The notes under the pieces were generated by a model. That model was not told where the DNA came from, made no database searches, and was given only the letters and a program-made list of their open reading frames with translations. From contig JASFYO010000066.1 of NCBI GenBank assembly GCA_045047305.1, positions 1 to 18,912 on the forward strand: DNA of 18,912 nt, written 5' to 3'. Each line of letters begins with the position of its first letter. Within the stretch, counting starts at the first letter, position 1. Below, piece after piece: positions 7,289 to 14,865 of the stretch. Position numbers and translations under genes: made by a program. This stretch comes from Planctomycetota bacterium. Its GTDB lineage: Bacteria > Planctomycetota > UBA1135.

Positions 7289-8329
7289 ATGTCTGACTTG
7301 AACGTACAATCTCTCATCGACGCCGGTACCCATATCGGTTGTCGCGTGGGTCGTTGGAACCCGAAGATGGAACCATACATCCTCGAGGCTCGCAACCAGA
7401 TCCACATCATTGACCTGCGCCAGACCATTCGTGGCATTCTGCGCACCAAGCACTTCCTGAAGGAAATTGTTGCATCCGGTTTGGATGTGCTTTTCGTAGG
7501 TACCAAGCAGCAGCTCCGTGGCGAAATCGCCAAGGTGCACAGCGAAGCTGGTATGCCATACGTGGAAGATCGTTGGATTGGTGGAACTCTCACCAACTAC
7601 GAAGTCATTGGTAGCCGCATTGCTTTCTTGGAGGACATGGAGAAGAAGGAGTCCGAAGGACACCTCGCTAACCTGACCAAGAAAGAAGGTGCTCGTTTCA
7701 TGCGCGAGAAGCGCAAGGTTTACCGCAACCTGCACGGCATTCGGGACATGTTCCGTCTTCCAGGTGCCATGGTAGTGGTTGACCCTAAGACGGAGCGCAA
7801 CGCAATTCGCGAAGCGCAACGCATGGGCATCCCTGTGATTGGTTTAGTCGATACTGACTGCGATCCAGACGTTTGTGACCTCATCATTCCAGGTAACGAC
7901 GATGCCATCCGCTCCGTCGCGCTGATTATCAGTCACCTGATTGATGGCGTGAAAGCTGGAAAGGAACTGCGCAAAGAGCGTGGTGTTGCGGACCCACAGC
8001 GTGCGCCTGAAACTCAGGTCACCAAAGCAGGTGGTGCTCCAGTGCCTCGTCCGCGTCGTGGTGGCCCACGTCGTCCAGGCCGTCCACAAATGGATGGTGC
8101 AAGCAAACCACCGCAAGGCAAGCCACGCCAAAAGATGGAAGGTGGCGTGAACCGTCAGGTGGAAATCCAGGCAATCGAGCCAGAGAAGGCAGCTGCGGAT
8201 GCCCCCAAGGCTGATACGTCAGTTGATACGGCTTCGCCAGCACCAACTGTAGTGGAAGCTACTCCAGCTCCAGCTCCAGCGGAAGCTGCACCAGCAGCCA
8301 CCGAAGCTACTCCAGAGAAGTCTGAGTAG
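7289..8329 (+). CDS. rpsB: 30S ribosomal protein S2 with a long C-terminal extension (346 aa)
   Basis: Motifs AGTHIG...RWNPKM.PYI, HIIDL, LFVGTK, RWIGGTLTN, DTDCDP and IPGNDDAIRS. Followed by tsf-pyrH-frr. Confidence 0.97.
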   Translation: MSDLNVQSLIDAGTHIGCRVGRWNPKMEPYILEARNQIHIIDLRQTIRGILRTKHFLKEIVASGLDVLFVGTKQQLRGEIAKVHSEAGMPYVEDRWIGGTLTNYEVIGSRIAFLEDMEKKESEGHLANLTKKEGARFMREKRKVYRNLHGIRDMFRLPGAMVVVDPKTERNAIREAQRMGIPVIGLVDTDCDPDVCDLIIPGNDDAIRSVALIISHLIDGVKAGKELRKERGVADPQRAPETQVTKAGGAPVPRPRRGGPRRPGRPQMDGASKPPQGKPRQKMEGGVNRQVEIQAIEPEKAAADAPKADTSVDTASPAPTVVEATPAPAPAEAAPAATEATPEKSE

Positions 8330-8337
8330 ATTTTGTC

Positions 8338-8364
8338 GCCCCGGGCTTCGGCCCGGGGCTCTTC
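8338..8364 (+). terminator. GC-rich hairpin between rpsB and tsf (partial terminator, attenuator or stabiliser)
   Basis: Perfect 9-bp stem GCCCCGGGC-TTCG-GCCCGGGGC with a cUUCGg tetraloop, followed only by TCTTC (weak U tract). Confidence 0.55.
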
Positions 8365-8422
8365 AATCCCTGCGGTGAAAATCGCAAAATCGCGGTACTG
8401 AACCGCACAACCATCCTTCACG

Positions 8423-9028
8423 ATGACAACGACCATTTCCGCAAAAGCCGTCTTCGCTCTGCGCGCCCAAACTGGCGCCGGCATGATGGATTGCAAAAAG
8501 GCCCTTACCGAATCCGGTGGCGATGAGCAGAAAGCTATGGAGCTTCTGCGTCAAAAGGGACTCAAAACTGCAGACAAGAAAGCTGACCGCTCCACTTCGG
8601 AAGGCCGAGTTTTCTCTTACATTCACCACAACCAACGCGTCGGAGTGATGGTGCAAATCGCATGTGAGACCGACTTCGTTTCTCGGGGCGATGATTTCGC
8701 AGCACTTTGCACCGATATTTGCATGCATATCGCAGCAACGGTTCCTTCACCTGTGGCCATTTCTGCCGAGGAAGTGCCAAGTGAGTTGATTGCAGAGGAG
8801 CGTCGCATTCTTTTGGGTTCGGACGACATGGCTAATAAGCCGGATGAGATCAAAGAAAAGATCGTCGGTGGTCGGATCGAAAAGTTTATTAAGGAACGCG
8901 CTCTGCTTGAGCAGGAGTTCGTGAAAGACCCTTCGATGACGGTCGGGGACCGCCTCAAGGCCTCAATCGCCAAGCTCGGTGAGAACATGAAGATTGTGAA
9001 GTTCGCTCGTTTCGAACTCGGATCCTAA
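8423..9028 (+). CDS. tsf: Translation elongation factor Ts, short form (201 aa)
   Basis: Motifs LRAQTGAGMMDCKKAL, EGRVFSYIH, CETDFV, MHIAA, LLEQEFVKD and GENMKIVKFARF. Confidence 0.96.
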   Translation: MTTTISAKAVFALRAQTGAGMMDCKKALTESGGDEQKAMELLRQKGLKTADKKADRSTSEGRVFSYIHHNQRVGVMVQIACETDFVSRGDDFAALCTDICMHIAATVPSPVAISAEEVPSELIAEERRILLGSDDMANKPDEIKEKIVGGRIEKFIKERALLEQEFVKDPSMTVGDRLKASIAKLGENMKIVKFARFELGS

Positions 9029-9034
9029 AGAGCT

Positions 9035-9745
9035 GTGTCGAATCCACGCCGCATCCTGCTGAAAATCAGTGGGGAAGGGTTTGCCCGCGAGGGTGAAACT
9101 GGCCTTGATACGGAACTAGTGAAGGCTCTTGCAGCTCAACTGCGTAAACTCACGGAAGAAAATGTTCAGGTGGCCTGCGTCATTGGTGGGGGGAACATCC
9201 TTCGCGGCAAACAGTCGGAGTCGCTTGGTATTAACCGAGCGACCGGCGACTACATGGGCATGCTTGCAACCGTGATTAACGGTTTAGCATTGTCTGATGC
9301 CCTGGAGAGTAATGGGGTTCCTACTCGTGTCATGTCAGCCATCGATGTGCACAAAGTTTGCGAACCATTCATTCGCCGTCGGGCTTTGCGTCACCTAGAG
9401 AAGGGGCGTGTGGTAGTTTTGGTTGGAGGATTGGGAAACCCTTACTTCACCACCGATACGGCAGCTGCGCAACGTGCAGTTGAGCTGGATTGTTCTACTT
9501 TGCTGAAGGCCACCATGGTCGACGGCGTCTACGATAAAGACCCCAACACCCACGATGATGCGGTGCATCTTCCAGAGATTACGTTTCAGGAAGTCTTGGA
9601 GCAGCGCTTGCGGGTGATGGATCAAACCGCGTTCACGCTTTGTCGTGAGCATGACTTACCCATCATTGTGTTCGACATGAATGCACCCGATGGACTACTG
9701 TGTGCAGCGAGGGGCGGAAAAATCGGCACCCTCATTAAGAATTAG
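9035..9745 (+). CDS. pyrH: Uridylate (UMP) kinase
   Basis: Motifs RILLKISGE, GGGNILRG, DYMGMLATVIN, GNPYFTTDTAA, VDGVYDKDP and VMDQTA. Lies between tsf and frr. Confidence 0.97.
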   Translation: MSNPRRILLKISGEGFAREGETGLDTELVKALAAQLRKLTEENVQVACVIGGGNILRGKQSESLGINRATGDYMGMLATVINGLALSDALESNGVPTRVMSAIDVHKVCEPFIRRRALRHLEKGRVVVLVGGLGNPYFTTDTAAAQRAVELDCSTLLKATMVDGVYDKDPNTHDDAVHLPEITFQEVLEQRLRVMDQTAFTLCREHDLPIIVFDMNAPDGLLCAARGGKIGTLIKN

Positions 9746-9747
9746 TC

Positions 9748-10326
9748 ATGAGCCTCAGCTACCAAACCTACCTAGATGATGCGGAAGACCGGATGGATAA
9801 GACGGTTGAGCATTTTACAGATGAAACTCGTGGATTTCGGACCGGTCGTGCAAGTACGGGCCTTATCGAAAACATTCGCGTAGATTATTATGGCACCATG
9901 ACTCCGTTGAGCCAAATGGCTTCGATTACGGTGCCAGAAGCTCGTTGCTTAATGGTGAAGCCGTTTGACCCAAGTGGTCTGAAGGACATCGAAAAGGCAA
10001 TTTTGGCGGCGGATCTTGGCCTGAACCCTGCCATTGATGGTGGTTCTCTACGCGTTACCGTACCTCACCTTTCGGAGGAGCAGCGCCTGAAAATGGTGGC
10101 TCGTTTGAAGAGTTTGGCAGAGGACACCAAGGTCTCTTTGCGAAATGTTCGCCGCGATACGATCCGCGATGTAGAACAGGCACAAAAAGATAAGACAGGG
10201 GATGTTGTTTTGACTGAGGATGATGTAAAATCCGCCAAGTCGGATATCCAGGACATCCTCAAAAAGCATGAAGCTGGGGTCGAATCAGCCCTAAGCTCCA
10301 AGTCGAAAGAGATTCTGGAAATCTGA
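9748..10326 (+). CDS. frr: Ribosome recycling factor
   Basis: Motifs RTGRAS, VDYYG..TPL.Q.A, IEKAI..ADLGLNP, LSEEQR and KVSLRNVRRD. Confidence 0.97.
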   Translation: MSLSYQTYLDDAEDRMDKTVEHFTDETRGFRTGRASTGLIENIRVDYYGTMTPLSQMASITVPEARCLMVKPFDPSGLKDIEKAILAADLGLNPAIDGGSLRVTVPHLSEEQRLKMVARLKSLAEDTKVSLRNVRRDTIRDVEQAQKDKTGDVVLTEDDVKSAKSDIQDILKKHEAGVESALSSKSKEILEI

Positions 10327-10334
10327 TTTTCTTT

Positions 10335-10361
10335 TTCCGGCCATGGTCCTCCATGCCGGAA
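10335..10361 (+). other. Hairpin immediately 5' of tRNA-Lys
   Basis: TTCCGG-C-CATGG-TCCT-CCATG-CCGGAA (11 bp with one bulge) ends 1 nt before the tRNA. There is no 3' U tract, so a processing or stability structure is more likely than a terminator. Confidence 0.45.
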
Positions 10362-10362
10362 C

Positions 10363-10438
10363 GGGGGCATAACTCAGTTGGTAGAGTAGTTGGCTTTTAA
10401 CCAATAAGTCCCAGGTTCAAGTCCTGGTGCCCTCACCA
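10363..10438 (+). tRNA. tRNA-Lys (anticodon UUU), 76 nt, CCA encoded
   Basis: Acceptor stem GGGGGCA/TGCCCTC, D arm ACTCAGTTGGTAGAGT, anticodon arm GTTGG-CTTTTAA-CCAAT, T arm CCAGG-TTCAAGT-CCTGG and 3' ACCA. Confidence 0.97.
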
Positions 10439-10440
10439 TC

Positions 10441-10474
10441 AAAGCGCACATCCTTCGGGGTGTGCGCTTTTTTT
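10441..10474. terminator. Intrinsic terminator after tRNA-Lys, probably bidirectional
   Basis: AAAGCGCACATCC-TTCG-GGGTGTGCGCTTT followed by further Ts (7-T run). It lies between the tRNA and the stop of the convergent DUF3750 gene. Confidence 0.9.
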
Positions 10475-11279
10475 ATGGAGTGGACTCAGACCTCGAAGTC
10501 CATCCATCGAGTGAGCCCGCAGCGCCAATCCAGCCCTGATGAATGCCAATCCTAGGGAGTATTGGGATTTTCAGTGCGGGTGGCCATAAGCTGATTCCAG
10601 CGGTCAATTGCATGAAGTGCAACTCCACTCCCTGTCGCAGCCCAATTCCAGCACCGAGGTACCCAAGGTCGGCTTCGAAACCATAACCACTAGAGGTTTT
10701 GCCGACGCGCATGCCGCGTGGGTAATCCTTGCCGACCGAGTTGTGGTGGAGCTCAGCGTGGAGCTCAGGTGTGCCCTCTATGAGCGTTGCAGCGAAGGTG
10801 TTGCTGTTAGGGCCCGGCCACGCGTCATAAACGCGCGCTTGTGCCGGGTGATGGATGGTGTGCCAAGAGTATTTTCCATCAACAACCTTTTCCCAACTAC
10901 CAAAATCTTGCTCCTTTGCCGCGAGTTCCAGAAGCCGAGGGATGGCGCGTTTCGCTTTTTCTCCTGTGATGGTTTCCAAAACCGAGACTCGATTACTCCA
11001 GCGAGTCGGAGCGCGGACATCCTCCGCTGGAGTGTGGAAAACATCAATACCAGAGGAAGGGCCGCCGATTTCAATCCGAGTCCAAGAAGCCTCATCGCCT
11101 TGTTTAATATCAATCCAGGCATGCTCGGCAAAGCGGGTGTACCAATCCATTTGGTTCGGTAGGCGGACGCTTTGCACCACTACCATGTAGTTTTCCGTGT
11201 TGGTAAGTCGTGCTGGACTCGGGCCGACGCAGGAAAAGGTGACGAAAAAAAGGAGGGCGAATAACAGCAAGCGTGCCAT
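10473..11279 (-). CDS. DUF3750-family protein, probable lipoprotein (likely start ATG 11279; alternative GTG 11300)
   Basis: Motifs AEHAWI, Y.AWPGPNSNTF, VGKDY, KTSSGYGF...LG..IGLRQGVELH...GI..WPPALKIP. N-terminus MARLLLFALLFFVTFSC carries a lipobox-like Cys. Confidence 0.8.
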   Translation of the reverse strand: MARLLLFALLFFVTFSCVGPSPARLTNTENYMVVVQSVRLPNQMDWYTRFAEHAWIDIKQGDEASWTRIEIGGPSSGIDVFHTPAEDVRAPTRWSNRVSVLETITGEKAKRAIPRLLELAAKEQDFGSWEKVVDGKYSWHTIHHPAQARVYDAWPGPNSNTFAATLIEGTPELHAELHHNSVGKDYPRGMRVGKTSSGYGFEADLGYLGAGIGLRQGVELHFMQLTAGISLWPPALKIPILPRIGIHQGWIGAAGSLDGWTSRSESTP

Positions 11280-11764
11280 GCCCACAAGGATAGCCACCAC
11301 CCCATGGTTGGTGATGATTTCCAGTGTGGCATCTAATTTTTGGCGTTTGTACGCGAATTCACCCTACTGGGGCGCAAGCGTAGTAAAAATAATGGTTTGG
11401 CGGAAGAAATCGGAGCGATGGATCTGCGAATCGGAGTGAAAGGTCCTATCGATGATGTATTCCGGCACTAGGATTAGGGGATTCCAGGCAACCATCCCTA
11501 GCAAAGCCTAGATCGGAAGTGTTGCTCTTGACAAAGGAAGGCCAAGGTTGCTTGTGGACGATGGTTGGCTTTGAGGCGTGTGAAATTCATTGAAACACCA
11601 ATTCCTAACGGGATGGGCTTAATCTTGGCGTATAGTGGGAATCACGCGCGCGGCTCCTTTGTGGTCTTTGTTTGTAGTCATGGTTTCAGTTGGGGGAAGG
11701 GGGGCCACACTAGTTCCTGGGATACGCCCCCAAAACCTACGCTAAAGGCGTCACAATAGAAAAC

Positions 11765-12337
11765 ATGGATGACCCGCCTGCCGATGGCCCTAAGGTGCCG
11801 CATCAAAAATCTTTGCCAGATGCTGGCGAAGATTTCGGGTTGATTTATGAAGAACTGAAATCTCTTGCAAATTACTTTTTACAACGGGAACGCACTGGCC
11901 ATACTTTGCAACCGACTGCATTAGTGCATGAAGCTTTTGTACGTCTGTCCGCACGAAGTAGTGGGGGGAGCGTGCTGCAAAACCGTTCCCATTTCCTTGC
12001 TATCGCAGCACGAGTAATGCGCCATATTTTGGTGGATTATTCCCGGTCCAGAGGCGCGATGAAGCGTGGAGGAGAAATGGTACGTGTGACGTTACGCGAC
12101 TTCGGTGAGATGTCGTTGGGGGCGGATGATTATGTTGTTGCCCTTGATGAGGCCCTCTCGCGCCTGGCAGAGTTAGACCCAAGGCAAGCCAAGGTCGTGG
12201 AGTTAAGGTTTTTTGCAGGCCTGTCGATTGAAGAAACAGCCAAGGTGCTAGATCTTGGGACTGCTACTGTTGAACGAGATTGGGCTTTCAGCAAAGCTTG
12301 GTTGCAACGCGAAGTCGAGCGCATTGGAGATGTTTGA
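11765..12337 (+). CDS. ECF RNA polymerase sigma factor, TIGR02999/ECF43-like (kinase-associated)
   Basis: Motifs IYEELKSLA, HTLQPTALVHEAFVRL, HFLAIAARVMRHILVD, KRGG, LDEALSRL, VVELRFFAGLSIEETA and TVERDWAFSKAWL. Confidence 0.93.
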   Translation: MDDPPADGPKVPHQKSLPDAGEDFGLIYEELKSLANYFLQRERTGHTLQPTALVHEAFVRLSARSSGGSVLQNRSHFLAIAARVMRHILVDYSRSRGAMKRGGEMVRVTLRDFGEMSLGADDYVVALDEALSRLAELDPRQAKVVELRFFAGLSIEETAKVLDLGTATVERDWAFSKAWLQREVERIGDV

Positions 12338-12354
12338 AATTGGAGTTTTAAATC

Positions 12355-14865
12355 ATGGATAGTCAACGTTGGGCACGAATAAAGGAGTTGTTTGAGCGGG
12401 CGAGAAAAATGCCTGCGCAAGAACAAGATGACTGGTTGCAACAGTTGCACGCTAAAGATGCGGAGCTTAGCGATGAGATCCGAACTTTATTGGCGGCGAC
12501 TTCAAGTTCGCCAACTCTTCTGGAGGAAGGCGCAGAGAAAGCTATCGCCGATTTCTCAAATGCGGAGCCCGATACTTACACTCCGGGAGAGCAGGTCGGC
12601 CCATATATACTTTTGGAGCGAGTCGGGTCAGGAGGAATGGGGTCCGTATGGCGCTGCCATCGTGCGAGTGATCCAGAATGCACCAAGGAATTTGCCATCA
12701 AGTTTGTGCGTCGGGGATTGGATACGGCATCGGTCTTGAAGCGTTTTGCGCTGGAACATGCCACCCTTTCGTCTCTGAGTCATCCTAATATTGCACGACT
12801 GGTGGATGGTGGCTTAACTGAAAGTGACCGCCCCTATTTAGTGATGGAATTCGTCAATGGGGTTCGTATTGATGATTGGTGCGACGCAAGAAATTTGCGC
12901 ACGGAAGAGAGGATGGCCTTGTTCCATGTGGTTTGCGAAGCGGTGCATTTCGCGCACAAGAGTTTGGTAGTTCATCGTGATTTGAAACCCGAGAATATTT
13001 TGGTGACTGGCGATGGCATCCCTGTCCTTCTTGATTTCGGTGTCGCAAAAGTTCTTGATCAGAATCATGTCGGAACCACTTTGACGCAGGGGCAAGCTGG
13101 GCCTCTGACACCTCAGTTTGCCAGTCCAGAGCAGTTGCAGGGGAAGGCCGTTTCTACCGCCTCCGATATTTATTCCCTGGGAGTCGTCCTTTTCGATTTA
13201 CTTTGTGGGCATCTTCCCTATCGACTGCATGGACTGTCGGTCGAGGAACTTTGGCAAGGGCTGCGTGAGGTTTCTATGCCGCGTCCAAGTCAACTGGTGG
13301 AGCAGAGGGATGCGATGAAGCGCGGAATGAGGGTTGAAGGCTTACGCCGTAGTTTGCGTGGCGATGTGGATACCATGGTGCACAAAGCAATGCGCTTTGA
13401 GCCTGATCGGCGTTATGACTCCGCAGGGCAAATGGCAGAGGATATTGGGAACTATCTTCAAGGTCGCCCTGTCCTGGCTCAGCCAGACACGATGCGATAT
13501 CGCTTTGGAAAATTAGTGCGCAGGAATAAGGGAGTGAGCCTTACTTTGTTGGCTTTGATTGGGGTAGCAGGTGTTTCTTTGTATGCAGTATCGAAACAAA
13601 ATTCGATTGCGCTAAGTGAAGCTCAATTTGCAAAGGATGAAGCAGAAAGCCTGCACCGTGTTGTGGACTTGTTAATCGGCTTATTTGAAAGTTCCCGTGT
13701 CGATGGATTGCCGCCTGACGCACTCTCAGCTCGTGACCTGGTCAATCGTGGTTGGTTGATGCTTGAGGAAGGTGGAGTCGAGGAACCTTTGGTGCGTTCT
13801 ACCCTATTGCTTGCACTTGGTCGGGTATTCACCCTTCTTGGGGATTTGGACAAGGCCGATGCCTTACTCGAAGAAGGCGTGTTCTTGCGCCGGCAAGGCT
13901 ATGCACCGCCGCATCCTGAAATCGCGGAGGCTCTTGATGCTTTGGGAGTCTTGCGTAAGGAGCAAGGCCGCATGGAGGAAGCCAATTCTATTCTTCTGGA
14001 GGCTATGGACATGTGGATTAATACTTGGGGAACCGATTCCCTAGACGCAGCGAATACTGAAAACCACTTGGGATTGGTTTGTATGGAGCGCGGGGACTTA
14101 AACCAAGCCAAAGTCTATCTCGAGATGGCTTTGATACCCAGAATCAGAGAGTTTGGAGCAGACCATTCCAGCGTTTTAAGTGTGGAAGGAAGTCTTGCTG
14201 CCTTGGATTTCCGTGAAGGAAATTTGGAACAAGCCAAAGTTCGTCTCGAGAATATTTTGATGCGGTTGCGTGCTGGCAGGCAGTCGGAATCCTTGGCCGC
14301 GGCAAGCCACAGCAATAACCTTGGCTTAGTCCTGGTAGAAATGGGGGACTTGGATGCGGCAGAAAAGTACTTTCGTGATGCGCTCGCTATTCGGGAAAAC
14401 CTACTCGAGGAAGGCCATCCTGAAATTGCTAAGACGCGGAATAATTTGGCCTTTATTCTTTATCGGCAAAATGAATTCCTTGCCGCTGCCAAACTATTTG
14501 AGATAGCTGCTAACGAAGCGCAGTCTCATTTAGCTGCCACTCACCCAACCGTGGCTGCCCTACAGCTTAATCAGGCGCGCGCTTTATTACGTGCCGGTTT
14601 ATCAGCACAGGCAGGTCCTTTGCTCGAAGATCTGCTTCGCGTGCAAAGCCAACTTTTGCCGCCGACTCATCCTTTGCTGTTCAAGATCTTGCAAGCTCGC
14701 GGGATGCAGTTGCTCGATGACGGATTGAATGAGAAAGCCATTCCCGTTTTGGAACAAGCGTTGACCTTTTTACAAGCGGATTCCCCGCCCCCGGCCGAAG
14801 AGACCGATTTAGTGAGAGAAGCGTTGGAAGAGGCGCAGCGTCGACAAGAAGAAGTGCATGATTAA
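12355..14865 (+). CDS. Membrane Hanks-type Ser/Thr protein kinase with extracytoplasmic TPR repeats
   Basis: Motifs GSGGMG, FAIK, HPNIARL, YLVMEFV, HRDLKPEN, LLDFG, FASPEQ and DIYSLG. One TM segment (GVSLTLLALIGVAGVSLYAV), then TPR-like repeats (HPEIA..L..LG, NNLGLVL..MGDL..AE, HPTVA). Confidence 0.94.
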   Translation: MDSQRWARIKELFERARKMPAQEQDDWLQQLHAKDAELSDEIRTLLAATSSSPTLLEEGAEKAIADFSNAEPDTYTPGEQVGPYILLERVGSGGMGSVWRCHRASDPECTKEFAIKFVRRGLDTASVLKRFALEHATLSSLSHPNIARLVDGGLTESDRPYLVMEFVNGVRIDDWCDARNLRTEERMALFHVVCEAVHFAHKSLVVHRDLKPENILVTGDGIPVLLDFGVAKVLDQNHVGTTLTQGQAGPLTPQFASPEQLQGKAVSTASDIYSLGVVLFDLLCGHLPYRLHGLSVEELWQGLREVSMPRPSQLVEQRDAMKRGMRVEGLRRSLRGDVDTMVHKAMRFEPDRRYDSAGQMAEDIGNYLQGRPVLAQPDTMRYRFGKLVRRNKGVSLTLLALIGVAGVSLYAVSKQNSIALSEAQFAKDEAESLHRVVDLLIGLFESSRVDGLPPDALSARDLVNRGWLMLEEGGVEEPLVRSTLLLALGRVFTLLGDLDKADALLEEGVFLRRQGYAPPHPEIAEALDALGVLRKEQGRMEEANSILLEAMDMWINTWGTDSLDAANTENHLGLVCMERGDLNQAKVYLEMALIPRIREFGADHSSVLSVEGSLAALDFREGNLEQAKVRLENILMRLRAGRQSESLAAASHSNNLGLVLVEMGDLDAAEKYFRDALAIRENLLEEGHPEIAKTRNNLAFILYRQNEFLAAAKLFEIAANEAQSHLAATHPTVAALQLNQARALLRAGLSAQAGPLLEDLLRVQSQLLPPTHPLLFKILQARGMQLLDDGLNEKAIPVLEQALTFLQADSPPPAEETDLVREALEEAQRRQEEVHD

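Noticed and set aside
7241..7819. 192-aa ORF antisense to rpsB
   Set aside because: Shadow of a highly expressed gene, with no motifs of its own.
11486..11512. c-di-GMP-I (GEMM) riboswitch, suggested by GGCAACC...GCAAAGCC
   Set aside because: It lacks the GNRA-capped P2 stem and the tetraloop-receptor P3 arrangement. The resemblance is limited to two short words.
11528..11556. Perfect TTGACA -35 hexamer upstream of the ECF gene
   Set aside because: There is no acceptable -10 hexamer 16-18 nt downstream.
11565..11759. 64-aa plus-strand ORF and short minus-strand ORFs (20-30 aa) in the DUF3750-ECF gap
   Set aside because: TTG start or very short length, no recognisable features and no clear RBS.
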